DNA from: Octopus bimaculoides
Taxonomy: Eukaryota
Assembly: GCF_001194135.2 (NCBI RefSeq)
Contig: NC_068992.1
Coordinates: 8,182,328 to 8,246,327 of the forward strand
DNA length: 64,000 nucleotides
Direction of reading: 5' to 3'
Below the pieces are notes generated by a model. The model saw nothing but the letters and a program-made list of their open reading frames with translations, ran no database searches and was not told the origin of the DNA. Of the stretch, positions 39,314 through 52,614 are shown in pieces. The position numbers were made by a program, and so were the translations under genes. Each line of letters opens with the position of its first letter. Position 1 is the first letter of the stretch.

Positions 39314-39741
39314 TTGTGTGTCTGTCCCCCCAACATCGTGTACGTATGTGTGTGTGTGTTGTGTATGTGTGCGTGTACCTACATATCTATCTAATAATAT
39401 ACTCTCTAACAATCCGGCCTCAGTTTATCATCCAGTTATGTAAGATCCTAATTTTTTACCCTGCGACATATTACCAAAGTAACAGTGACTTGACATTCTA
39501 CAGGAAACTGGATTGAAGAAACCAAAGAAGAAAAAAGAAAGACTTCGCAGCTTTTGTTGAAATAAGATTTACAGTTATGAAACCTGATGTTTATCAAGCA
39601 CTCGTAATATAATCAATTTCATATCAATAAGGCGGACATTTCAACAGCACCGTAGGCTTGTATCAAATATCGATAAGCTGACGCCGAGGTCCAGGTTCCA
39701 TACTCTCTTGTGTCGTCGTCGTCGTCATCGTCGTCGTAGTG

Positions 39742-39792
<51 letters not shown>

Positions 39793-39793
39793 A

Positions 39794-39848
<55 letters not shown>

Positions 39849-39893
39849 TTAATATTGATCAGCTCAAAAGTCATTTCAATATTAATCATATCG

Positions 39894-40490
39894 AAGGCGA
39901 CAAGCTGGGCAGAATCGGTAGCATGCCGGATGAGACGCTTTGCGGCATTTCGCCCGTCGTCGTGTTCTGAGTTCAAATTCCGTCGAGTTCGACTTTGCCT
40001 TTCATCCTTATCGGGGCTCAATAAAATAAGTACCTGTTGAACTTTGGAGGCCGATGTAATCGACTTACCCCCCACCCTCCCGAAATTACTGGCCTTGTGC
40101 CAAAATTTGAAATTAATATTAATCATATCATTACCGTGCCGCACTAAAGGCTTAGCGGCACTTCATCCATTTTTACGTTTCTAGTTCAAATTCCACCAAA
40201 GTCGATATTGCCTGTCATCTTTTCGCAGTCGAGAAAACGAATACAACCTAAGCACTGGGGTTGAAGTAATCGACTTATCCCCTCCTCCGAAATTGCTGGC
40301 CTTGTGCCATAACTTGAAATCAATATTAAGTATATCATATATTCTGAGTTCAAACGCTGCCCAATCGACTTTGCCTTTCATCCTTTCGGTGTTAATAAGA
40401 TAAGTACTAGTTGACTACTGTGGTCGACAAAATCGACTTCCAGCTGCCATCAAAAAATTACGAGGCTCGTGCCAAATTGAGGAAGAAATA
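39894..40490 (+). mobile_element. Cluster of three SINE family C copies, all on the plus strand
   Basis: Copies at about 39894-40112, 40145-40322 and 40340-40490. Confidence 0.85.
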
Positions 40491-40795
40491 TTAACCATAT
40501 ACTTTATTCTGACACGGTGTATCAAAATCTCCATTATTCAAGCAGTTCTCCTATTTTCTGTTGAAGTTTAGAGTCAACTTTGGCGGTAGAGAGGGTTCAA
40601 TAGGCCCTTTTATCAAAGACATTTGAACCATGACTACTCCGTCTTTTTTGAAGACATTATTCAATGGATTCCTATGCTTTAATTAATTTGGCTTGATTTG
40701 AAGGTGATTTGGTCGTTAGTCCTGGCAGGTTGAGCGATCACGCAGTAGCTGCCTTATTAGCTCTTATTCTGTTTTACTTTCTGTTCTTTGCACAC

Positions 40796-40861
<66 letters not shown>

Positions 40862-40902
40862 TTGCAAAAGTCGGCATTACTTGGAAGTGCACACATATTG
40901 CA
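40862..40902 (+). pseudogene. Tiny C-terminal fragment of an R4/Dong-like LINE abutting (AAT)n
   Basis: Reads LQKSALLGSAHIL, the typical C-terminal helix of RLE-type elements (QK.ALLG.AHILR). It directly follows the (AAT)n run at 40797-40858. Confidence 0.55.
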
Positions 40903-41334
40903 TGTTTGAGAGTACAAAAGTTGTGGGGAGCGTGTAATCAGCCCCTAATAAAATCTTTAATTACCATTTCTCCTCGGCCTGTTTTGACCAGGAACAGTAG
41001 TCCCTGTCGTGGAATGTAGCTCTTCTAGAGGGAAGATACTCTGGCATAAAACTTGCAAAATAATACCAGTTATCATTGCAATGCTTGTTACTGGGACATT
41101 CGATAGCGAGAGAAAGAATGGTTAAAATGTTAACAAGCTTTTGTCTCTTAAATCCGAAGACATTGAAAAGTCTCACTATCATTTCATTTCTTGATCCCTT
41201 TTTTTTGTATTCTATAAAGTCCTATGGAAATGGATATCTGCGTATATGCAAGGATGAAAGTAAATCAGAACAATCAGGATGAATGTAAGACGACTATCAT
41301 TTGACAAGATGTGGCAATCATCACATTATACTAC

Positions 41335-41995
41335 TTGCTAAACTTCTGGAATGTGCAACATAATTTCAGTTCCATTAATAGCATGTAATTGTAATTTTCT
41401 AGCCGTATCCTTACTGGCTTTGTGAAGCCCAGTTTCTCAAGATTGTTACAGCAGCAGCTAATTACCTAATTTGCCCTAGTTATCACAAATGCATGCAGTC
41501 CTGATGTAACATCTGCCGATTATTCATTAGTTCGCCATAGATTTTTTCTTTTCTTTTATCTTCAACATTATGTTCATGTCTGCTGGACAATTGATTTCTA
41601 TTACTTTGCACAATATTTTTCTCTGTCTCAGATCATTACGTCTGATCAGTTCCGCGACCATTTTACACAAGTTTTGACAGGAACATTCTCTGAGTACGCT
41701 TTCATATCATTAGTGATTACTGGCCACTACAGCACTGTAAATTTTTATATTTTGGTCCCCAGGACTATTCTTTCTAGGACCTGAAGTGTATACAGTTGAA
41801 TTTTGGCCACTACATCCTGTCTCATAGATAAGTATAGTCGTTAACACATTTTCGGATAGTGGCTTTTATGTGAATCCCGCCTTCAGTGCTAACCAAACAG
41901 TAAATCCAGGTTATCACATCTAGATGTCTTACCTGTATCCTTATTTGTCTTCTAAACTGGATATTGTTATTTTCTATTCTTCTATTGCAAAAGCA
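41335..41995 (-). pseudogene. Second, divergent RLE-type non-LTR retrotransposon C-terminal remnant
   Basis: Reads ELIRRNDLRQRKILCKVIEINCPADMNIMLKIKEK then, after a frameshift, IYGELMNNRQMLHQD..NNLEKLGFTKP..LQLHAINGT. This resembles the PD..D/E endonuclease and C-terminus of R2-superfamily elements, but is heavily degraded. Confidence 0.6.
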
Positions 41996-42008
41996 TACTC
42001 TTCAATAT

Positions 42009-42545
42009 GTTGGCACTCCGTCGCTTACGACGTCGAGGGTTCCAGTTGATCCGATCAACGGAACAGCCTGCTCGTGAAATTAACGTGCAAGTGGCTGAGC
42101 ACTCCACAGACACGTGTACCTTTAACGCAGTTCTCGGGGATATTCAGCGTGACACAGTGTGACAAGGCTGACCCATTGAATTACAGGCACAACAGAAACA
42201 GGAAGTAAGAGTGAGAGAAAGTTGTGGTGGAAGAGTACAGCAGGGTTCGCCACCATCCCCTGTCNNNNNNNNNNNNNNNNNNNNNNNNNNNNNNNNNNNN
42301 NNNNNNNNNNNNNNNNNNNNNNNNNNNNNNNNNNNNNNNNNNNNNNNNNNNNNNNNNNNNNNNNNNNNNNNNNNNNNNNNNNNNNNNNNNNNNNNNNNNN
42401 NNNNNNNNNNNNNNNNNNNNNNNNNNNNNNNNNNNNNNNNNNNNNNNNNNNNNNNNNNNNNNNNNNNNNNNNNNNNNNNNNNNNNNNNNNNNNNNNNNNN
42501 NNNNNNNNNNNNNNNNNNNNNNNNNNNNNNNTATTGCGCCTCCAC
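42009..42545 (-). mobile_element. SINE family B, young copy spanning an assembly gap
   Basis: 42009-42264 is near-identical to 52120-52375; the head end TATTGCGCCTCCA reappears after the gap. Confidence 0.9.
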
Positions 42546-42757
42546 ACACATTTCACCATAGCAGATTTTAAAAAGCGTGAAATGAAGTGTCTCGCTCAAG
42601 GACAGAACATGCAGATCAGTCCAAGATTTTCGTGCCAGGGACTTTTGAATTTGTGTGTGTCTGTTTGTATTTATGTATGTATGTTTGTATTACTAGGCCT
42701 TTGAAAGCGTATCTGTATACATACATACATACATACATACATACATACATACATACA

Positions 42758-42788
<31 letters not shown>

Positions 42789-43132
42789 GCGTACTGTGCT
42801 ACTGGGTTTTTAATCTGTGTGTGCATGTGTATGTACATAAATGTGTGTTTGTTTGTGTTTGGGAGAAGCATATATAAAAGTAAGTGGGTGAAAGGGAGAG
42901 AGAAAGATCGAGAGAGGGTATTTCCGTGCTTGTGTGTGTGATTAGGCGAGGAATAAGTTGTGAAAATCTCGGTCCTGGAATTATTTGCTACCGGCTGCCG
43001 TTGTTCCCAGACAAGTTAACCGTTTTCAAATTATTCCAGTCGTAATAAATGCTGCATCAGAAATGGTGATATCGGTGTGAAACAGGCTCAAAGTAATTCT
43101 TGTGTTAACATGGTCGCTTCATTTAATTTACA

Positions 43133-43200
<68 letters not shown>

Positions 43201-43976
43201 CAGTAACCGAATCACACCCGCGCGAAGCGGCCGAACTGAGATTGTTGTAAACACACGCGTCGTAGAAATCCGTACAAAGACAAGATGGTCATGGTTGGAC
43301 TACTTTGATCAGTCAGAGATTACCGATGACAGACAACAACGATTTCAATTGCTGAAAGATCTCTCCGCAGAATCATCACCCGAAGAGCAAAATTGTAGAA
43401 ATTTGCGGCCTCTGTTTAATCTTCATAGGAATGTTGAAGTCTGCTTCGTTTATTCAACTGCCTGTTCGTTGTTGACAGTATTCCAAGGCAGTTTTCAAAT
43501 TACAAGCGCCTTGTAATGCTTTTACCTGCCATAAACTTACCTATTCCATGCAATCAGTTCATATACGCACATATACACACGCAAGCACACAGACTCATAC
43601 ATACACACATACACACATACCGACGCACATACATACTCATGCTCACACACACACACACACGTAACATATGTGTGTATGTATGTAAGTATGTATGTATATT
43701 TTGGCTATTTTTTTCTCAGAGTCTTCACCGATGGAGGAAGAAGCAGCTTCTAAATCAGGAACAAGGAACTTTCATTGGAACGTAGACAACATCAACTGGG
43801 CCCGCGCGCGCGAGAGAGAAAGAGAGAGCATGTGTGCTTGTGTGTGTTAGCAAGTATGTATGTGTATATGCATGCATGTGTGTATGTATGTATATATAAA
43901 TTTAGGCTTATGCTGACAACACATATATATAAGTATATATGTATATGTGTGTATATGCGTTTGCATATATATATAT

Positions 43977-44012
<36 letters not shown>

Positions 44013-44116
44013 GTACATCTTTCTATCTATCTATCTATCTACTATATGTCTGCGTGCGCGCGTGTATATAGAGATAGATACATACATACATACATACATA
44101 CATATCTCCATCTCTA

Positions 44117-44164
<48 letters not shown>

Positions 44165-46204
44165 ATACATGTATCTATTTATGTATGTATGTATGTGTTT
44201 CTCTTGAACATTTTTTATATATAAAATCCATGTAAATTTCCATTCAACTGCCTGGATTCGCTGCTACGGATGAAGCCACGCCATATGACAGCAGACTTAG
44301 CTATAACCGGTTGCGGGCCAACCTGTCTACGCATATTTCCGACGTTTACAAATTTTTTTCAAAGGGAAATTTAAAAAAAAATATTTCTTAAGATGGCGAG
44401 GATATTAGGTTTGTGAAAGTCATTGTTTTGTTGAAAAGAAATATTTCCTCTTCGTTAATGCATTAATGTCTAGGTTAATTTGCTAAAAATTGTGATTTAT
44501 ATAAAATGTGACATATACATACATACTCACATAGACACACACTCACACACATACACTTACGCAAACGCACACACATATATAGTGTATCTTGTATGTAAAA
44601 TAGGTGCACTACAAATGTGTGTGTATACATATATATATACATACATATATATGTATACATACACACACACGTACATACACACGCACACTCACAGACATAT
44701 GCATGTAGTATTATTACCGACGAAAGCAGTATTAGTAACAAAAAGCAATCTATATATCCAACTTAACGTGGAGTTTTTGTTGAGAACGCTAAATATGGCG
44801 GTATTAAGCCTTGGGAAGTCCTTTCATATAGACGCATAGTGCATCGAAGTACAGAAGCACAATCGAACACACATACATAAGGTGTGAGGGTTGTTAGTTC
44901 GTGGGTTGGCTGTGTCTCTATGTGTAAGAGAATAAATTTTCAATGTGTTTGGTGTTGAAACAATTGAAAGCAAGTCCTAGGCAAGAAGCGCTGGAACATG
45001 CTAGCGGATGGTTTTCAAACCATTTAGCTTATAGTCATAGTCGGCGATATGTCTTGCAGCAGGTCTTGATCGGTACGCGGCATTGAAAAGTCACAACAAT
45101 GAAGAAACATCGATGTCGCTCTGAAAATGGACCGGATGTGAGCTGTCTCACTTGACCTACTTCCAGTGCATTGAGGATATATTGTTTAATGCTTAAAAAC
45201 GCAGCTGACCCACGAAATCACAGCACAAACACAAGGTGTGTGTGTGTGTTTAAATTCATCAGCATATACGAACATATATGTATATACTTATTGTATACAT
45301 ATATATCTGCAGTTCCACTCCATTGCTAATCTGATTTTTACCTTACCGCTTCCCCCCCAACTAATTTCCGGGTGCTCAGGGCAGTAATGACGTAGAATTT
45401 CGATTCCGAATAAATCTATATAGTCTGCAACTTATAAGTAATAGTACACTAACTTGCAATCGTCAGAAGTCAGGCTGTCGGCTGTGGATAACATAATCTC
45501 TTTATTTCATAAATTTTGCCATGAAGGCATTACATAGAGGGGACAAACAAAGACAAACAGACATAAAGAAGTTCTTGACATAATCTCTCATAACATAATC
45601 TCTTGACAAACCAATTACGATTTCGTTATCTTTTACTTAGTGCCAGCGTTTATCTTAAAGTACAGGTGTAGAAAGTCTCTCAGTAAAGATTAAGTGCGAG
45701 AGGAATCATAAATCTGACCCTCTAACGCACAACAGAGGTCAAACTGCGGTTCTCAAACCTTTTATATGCAGTTCCCGAGATAATATTGAGATTTAGTGCT
45801 ATTTCCATTAAAACAACTTTAACCCTCTTGCGACATCCGGGCCGATTGATGGCCCCAAGTGATGCAAGCTGAAAGGACTTCGAGGCTGATTCACCGGCCC
45901 AATGAAACAAACGCTTTGAAGTGTAAAAGCCTATCAGGGATAGGCTTTCGGTAGATATAATATAAAACTGTATAATATATATAGTTTTACATGCTAATGA
46001 AATAGTTTTCGGCACTGTATCCTTTGTTTTCTATATGCACCCCTCAATTTTTCAATCTCAACAGAAAAAAAAACTTTGGTCTCGTTCTCTACACATACCA
46101 AAACACTCCGTGTCTCGAAAGAGTTAACATCCTTTCAGTCAGAATTTAAATCATTAGTAGCAAAAATGAAAAGAAAAAAAAAAAAAAAAAAAAAAATATT
46201 CAGC

Positions 46205-46612
46205 GGTAGGCATAGCTCTGTGGTTATGAAGATCATTTTGCAAGTATGTGGTTTCGAGTTCAATCCTACCAAACAGCATTAGGCAAAGTGTCTTCTACTA
46301 TAGCTCCGGGCCGAATAATACTTTGTAAGTAAATTCGGCAAGCAGAAACTGTGTGGAAGTCCGTTGAATAAACACACACGCACATATATATTTGTTTATG
46401 TGTATACTAGTGCTTTTGTTTTTGTTCCCGCCCCTCTGTTTGACAACCGGTGTTGATTTGTTTCCGTTCCTATAACATAGCAGGTTCACAAACCGATAGA
46501 ATAAGTACTAGATTCTTAAAAATTAAGCACTGGTGTTGTTCTATTCGACTGAACTCTTCGAGTTGGTGCTCTAGCATGGGTGTAGTCCAATGAATGAAAC
46601 AAGTTAAAGATA
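46205..46612 (+). mobile_element. Old SINE family A copy
   Basis: GAGTTCAATCC B-box, AGTGTCTTCTACTATAGC, tail GGTGCTCTAGCATGG..TGAAACAAGTTAAAG. Confidence 0.8.
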
Positions 46613-47275
46613 AGCAGCGATTAATCAACACACTTTTATGAACATACTTGTTTATTTCTTCTTATCTAACAGCTTGACCTTCCTTGATCTATTCTCTTCT
46701 TCCCTGGTTAGTAACTGGAGCTCTAACGAGTACAAGATTCCAATAGATCTATCAGCAACTGCTGATATTGTTTTTATCACAACCTAATCAGTTCAAAGCA
46801 ATGAAAACTTAAAAACAAAATATATATTGGAAGATTCAGCCTTCTCTTCACGAATATTCGTCTAATTCGCTCGTTCTAACATGGATTCCATCCACCACTT
46901 CGTGTCTCTCATTCTGTTCGTCTTTGAGCCACAATCTGTTACTCTTTATCTATAAGCGTTCTCTGCTATTCTACTATCAAAGCTACGTTCTACATCTTTC
47001 TTCTAAAAGCTAATATCTGTGCATGCGAAGAATCCACTGCTCAAACGAAGCTGTTCCGTAGGAATCGACGTTACTGCTATTTTTAACCCCAGGAGGACGC
47101 CTCCTACAGCTGGTTATTCGATGCAGTCTGCACGCGATACATATGACAAGCATATATCTTCCAGTCACCATCTTCCAGTCACCATCTTCCAGTCACGAGA
47201 CCACCAGACCGTTCGGTTTCGACCTCTTTGTGGCTATTCTCGGTGGTATAAATATATACATACATACATACATAC

Positions 47276-47323
<48 letters not shown>

Positions 47324-47325
<2 letters not shown>

Positions 47326-47538
47326 CACCGAGAATAGTTAAAGCAACTCAAACGCCACAAAAGCATTGTCTTAATGACCCACAAAGGGAGGTAAGTTCCC
47401 AGTGTATATAGTCGGATCGAGATTTCGGATTTTGATGGAGGCCATCTTAACTATCATCAGCAACTCTTAACATCTAGGGTTAAACTCAACTAGTCATTAA
47501 GACAGTGCTAAAATGGCTTTTGAGTTGCTTTAACTCTT
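47324..47538. mobile_element. MITE with ~42-bp TIRs at the edge of a (TA)n microsatellite
   Basis: GTTAAAGCAACTCAAACGCCACAAAAGCATTGTCTTAATGAC (47337-47378) pairs with GTCATTAAGACAGTGCTAAAATGGCTTTTGAGTTGCTTTAAC (about 47493-47534). Confidence 0.75.
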
Positions 47539-47995
47539 ATTTTTAGCAAAAGCGGTGTTTGTCTGTCGTTTCTGTGACCTCTATTAATATATAATATATA
47601 TACGTACACACGTACATACATACATATATGCATGTTTATGTGTATCAAATATGCAGAAAAGAGGTTAAGGCATTCTTATGTTTTAATGCCATATACGGGT
47701 TTCATTGACCCGGCGGCTTACTTCCTCGGTATTTTGACAAAAATACGTTGCACTTTGGCCTTTCCTCCTATGTGGTGTTTGGATTCACAGAGCATAGAAT
47801 ATAGGGGTTTAATGCAAAATCAAATATTCAACCTTAAGATCAATGTGCTGGGCATGCTAGCCCACTGTTAATAAATAGCCTTATATATATATATATACAT
47901 ATATACATATATATAGATGCACATATATTTTGAAACATATGTAGGAATTAAAGGAACTTTTGTTTATATGCGTTTTGCTCCATTTATTATTATTA

Positions 47996-48045
<50 letters not shown>

Positions 48046-49825
48046 CGCGCGCGTACACACACACACACTGAGTGTAAATATGTGTGGGTATTGTGTAAGT
48101 GTATGTGTGTGTATGTGTATGTGTGTATGTGTGTGTTTGTGTGTGTGATTATGTATAAACCATATGCCGTTATACTTAATGTCTACAGTCGATATTCAAC
48201 TGTAGGTGACCTCTAAAACTTGTTTTATTTGCCTAATCTCCTTAGCCTCACTTTCTCTTTTTCACTTTATCTCCCTCCTTCCCCCCTCTCTTCTCTTACC
48301 CTCTCTTCTCTTCCCCTCTCTTCTCTTCCCCCCTCTCTCTCTCTCTCTCTCTCTCTTAATCTCGTCTTTCTCTTTATATCTCTCCTTCTTTCTCTCTCTT
48401 ACATTTTAGCCTCTCGTTTTCTCTTTTGTTTCCCTCTCCTTCCTTCCTTCCTTCCTTCCTTTCCTATCCCCTCTCCCCCCAGCCTCCAATTTTATCTGGA
48501 ATTCCCAGCGTTTCCACAAAATTTCGATACCGTTTCACATTTTTTTTACTTAATAATCTCTTCGCCGCGTTTTTACAATTCCAAATCAGTCAACACCTCT
48601 ATCTACCACCACCGACACCCCCNNNNNNNNNNNNNNNNNNNNNNNNNNNNNNNNNNNNNNNNNNNNNNNNNNNNNNNNNNNNNNNNNNNNNNNNNNNNNN
48701 NNNNNNNNNNNNNNNNNNNNNNNNNNNNNNNNNNNNNNNNNNNNNNNNNNNNNNNNNNNNNNNNNNNNNNNNNNNNNNNNNNNNNNNNNNNNNNNNNNNN
48801 NNNNNNNNNNNNNNNNNNNNNNNNNNNNNNNNNNNNNNNNNNNNNNNNNNNNNNNNNNNNNNNNNNNNNNNNNNNNNNNNNNNNNNNNNNNNNNNNNNNN
48901 NNNNNNNNNNNNNNNNNNNNNNNNNNNNNNNNNNNNNNNNNNNNNNNNNNNNNNNNNNNNNNNNNNNNNNNNNNNNNNNNNNNNNNNNNNNNNNNNNNNN
49001 NNNNNNNNNNNNNNNNNNNNNNNNNNNNNNNNNNNNNNNNNNNNNNNNNNNNNNNNNNNNNNNNNNNNNNNNNNNNNNNNNNNNNNNNNNNNNNNNNNNN
49101 NNNNNNNNNNNNNNNNNNNNNNNNNNNNNNNNNNNCACCACCACCACCACCACCAGTTAATACTATCATCAGTATTTAAACATCATCACTACATCCTCAC
49201 AACCATCTCTACCACCACCACCAGCACCGCAAACAACATCAGCAAACACTATACATCAAGATTGCAAAGATCATCACCATCATTAATATCATCATCATCA
49301 TCATCACCATCATTAATATCATCATCATCATCATCATCATCATCGTCATCATCATCATCATCAACAACAACACCATGAACACCACCCAACATCACCAATA
49401 CTGCAAATATTATCAACTTTATGAACTCCATTAACATCAACAACCGCCCCACCAGCCAAAAAGGAAACCTCTAAGTGGTTATTCGAAGTGTCAGAACTAG
49501 CAGCCAAGTTGCCCCCAAAATAACACCGTACTGCTATGCAAAAGGATACGTTCGATAACGTGATTCTGAGTTTTATAGAAATAAGAAAAAAGATGGGACC
49601 GTCACGACTGGTGGGCCATCAGAGCAAGCAACAATACATTTCCGTTATTGCTACAATCATTACTGTGCAAAAAACAATCACCATTATTATCCACATCGTT
49701 ATTACTATCATTTCTTTACAGCTGGGTTTTCCTGAACAAACAAAAGTCAAATTTGTTAGTTATGAACAATGAATAGTGTCAAGAGCGGGATACAAACACT
49801 CGATCCACTGATAAAGTATCTAGTC

Positions 49826-50445
49826 AAGGCGCAGGAGTGGCTGTGTGGCGGTGAGCTGGCAGAAACGTTAGCACGCCGGGTGAAATGCTTAGCGGTATTT
49901 CGTCTGCCGCTACGTTCTGAGTTCAAATTCCACCGAGGTCGACTTTGCCTTTCATCCTTTCGGGGTCGATTAAACAAGTACCAGTTACGCACTGGGTTCG
50001 ATATAATCGACTTAATTCCTTTGTCTATCCTTGTTTGTCCCCCTCTATGTTTAGCTCCTTGTGGGCAATAAAGAAATAAGTAGCTTGCTTACCAACCACA
50101 TGGTTCCGGGTTCATTCCCACTGCATGGCGCCTTGGGCAAGTGTCTTCTACTATAGTCTCGGGCCGACCAAAGCCTTGTGAGTGGATTTGGTAGACGGAA
50201 ACTGAAAGAAGCCCGTCGTATATATGTATATATATGTGTATGTCTGTGTTTGTCCCCCCACCATCGCTTGACAACCGATACTGGTGTGTTTACGTCCCCG
50301 TAACATAGCGGTTCGGCAAAAGAGACCGATAGAATAAGTACTAGGCTTCCAAAGAAATAAGTCCTGAAGTCGATTTGCTCGACTAAAGGCGGTGCTCCAG
50401 CATGGCCACAGTCAAATGACTGAAAAAAAGTAAAAGAGTAAAAGA
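49826..50445 (+). mobile_element. Full-length SINE family A hosting a nested SINE family C
   Basis: Host head AAGGCGCAGGAGTGGCTGTGTGG is interrupted at 49848 and resumes TAAGTAGCTTGCTTACC at 50077. Tail GACTGAAAAAAAGTAAAAGAG is intact. Confidence 0.92.
49847..50080 (+). mobile_element. Full-length SINE family C (long TTTGTCCCCTCT tail type), nested in SINE A
   Basis: GGCGGTGAGCTGGCAGAAACG...GAGTTCAAATT...TTTGTCCCCTCTATGTTTAGCTCCTTGTGGGCAATAAAGAAATAAG. Confidence 0.92.
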
Positions 50446-52119
50446 GAGAGAGAAAGTCATTCTATGAACTCGGTTATCTAAACTGCTCCCCACGTAATAA
50501 CACGTTGGTGTTGTTGGAATTTTCAAGACGAACCCCATTTGCTGAAGAACTTACTAAGGATAAACATGACAGTTCATAGACTAAATTTACAGAACATGGA
50601 GAGAGTAAAAGATAAACTCCTCTTATTAGGGATGAAACAATACCATGATTTTCACTGATTTCTTTCGGAAGCATTCCAATTGCAAAATTAGTATTCATCT
50701 ACCTTCACATTTATTCAATAAACACAACTATCCAAAGTGTCAATGTTTAACTGTTCTCATACTTCAATAAAGAAGGGCCTTGCTAAAATGTCAATGTCTT
50801 CCCTTCTTCGGGAAAGAGATATACCCAAAGCGTCAAAGTTTATCCTTCTGCTTACACTTCTGTAAAGAAGGAACCTACAAGACTTTAACATTCACCTTAC
50901 GCTTCTTTTGATTGGAGAAAGGTGGGGCTACGCTCCAAAATTTCAAACTGTATCTTTCTTTTTTATACTTCGAAGAATGTTACTTTGCCACGAATCTTTT
51001 GGTACTTGAGACACTCCGTTGGTCATCTCACGTAATAAAAGATTACATACATCCTGCTTTATGTTCTCTTTTCCTTTTTACACTTCAAAGAAACGTTGCC
51101 TCTTGAAAAGCTATTGCTATCTCTCCTCATTTCTTTTGGATTCTCTTCATTTTATGATACAAGAATTTATCTTATTTTACGAAGTTTTTAAACGTCAGTA
51201 ATGTCTGGCCAAATAAGATTACAAAATGGTAATCAGAGACCATATTAGTCATCACTTTAGTCACCTGACCACAGAGATGGGAGAACTACAGAAAAAAAGG
51301 GGAGGGGCAGTATATATAGCATCAAGTGATTAGCACCAGGTGACAACAAAATTAGTACTAGCTGAGATCCTGATTAACACCAATTGAGATGCTGATTAAT
51401 TGCAATTGAAATCCTGAACCGAAGTCAACCAATCAATCATGATTGATTTCTAACAAACGTACACGGTCTTATATTTTAGGATACAGAACAGCAGAATATG
51501 TCGACGCCAATATTTGACTGCTATTTTCTTTATTAGTAATAAATTAAATATAGAAACAGCCAATCCTCGACGGGATTCGATCTCAGAATAAAACGGATGT
51601 AACTAAATAATGCAACTAAAGTATTTTGCCTGATCGTTGTTCTACCAATTTTGTCAATCCGCAATAGATTACAGCACTGGCAATTGAAAATATATTTAGA
51701 TATAAGATATATCATTAGGTAATTGTCGACCGATGATCTTACATGTGTATAAAGTAATGGAATTAACCTAAGTTCATTATAACCCTGTAAATCTATTCGA
51801 AAATTAAACACGGTGAAATAAAGTATGTGATTAAGAACGAAATATTTCACAACTTGTAATAGAAAGGTAATGTTACTTAATTTGAAAAATTGACAGCTTT
51901 CTCTAACACTAATTTTGTGTAGTTATCATCATCAGTAAAACTAACATGGTTTTGTTACCAACAGTGATACTAGCATGGTAATGTTACCATCAGTAACATT
52001 AACGCAGCATTGTTAAAGTCAGTAGTACATAATATAGGGTTGCCTCTATCAGTAATACTAAGGCAATGTTGTTACCATTAGTAATACTAACATAGTGTTA
52101 ATACCATCAGTGATACTAT

Positions 52120-52500
52120 TGTTGGCACTCGGTCACTTACGACGTCGAGGGTTCCAGTTGATCCGATCAACGGAACAGCCTGCTCGTGAAATTAACGTGC
52201 AAGTGGCTGAGCACTCCACAGACACGTGTACCCTTAACGTAGTTCTCGGGGATATTCAGCGTGACACAGTGTGACAAGGCTGACCCTTTGAATTACAGGC
52301 ACAACAGAAACAGGAAGTAAGAGTGAGAGAAAGTTGTGGTGAAAGAGTACAGCAGGGTTCGCCACCATCCCCTGTCGGAGCTTTGTGGAGCTTTCGGTGT
52401 TTTCGCTCAATAAACACTCACAACGCCCGGTCTGGGAATCGAAACCACGATCCTATGACCGCGAGTCCGCTGCCCTAACCACTGGGCCATTTCGCCTCCA
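52120..52500 (-). mobile_element. Full-length SINE family B with a candidate 15-bp TSD
   Basis: Complete from the tRNA head (52500) to the GTGCCAACA tail (52120). Flanked by CCATCAGTGATACTA (52104-52118) and CCATCAATGATACTA (52501-52515), although these are also minisatellite units. Confidence 0.95.
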
Positions 52501-52614
52501 CCATCAATGATACTAACATGATATTATTATACATTAGTAATACTAACGTTACGTTGTTATATATCAATAATACAAACTAGCGTTGTTATACATCAGTAAT
52601 AGTAACATAGTATT

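Noticed and set aside
44240-44390. GC-richer patch open on both strands for about 50 codons
   Set aside because: No start codon or splice sites, too short, and no recognisable homology.
50474-50698. 74-aa minus-strand ORF with an ATG
   Set aside because: Its length is within chance expectation, with no recognisable motif or splice signals.
52410-52500. tRNA-like sequences with A and B boxes
   Set aside because: They are SINE heads continuous with SINE bodies and do not form a complete cloverleaf with an acceptor stem, so they are not called tRNA genes.
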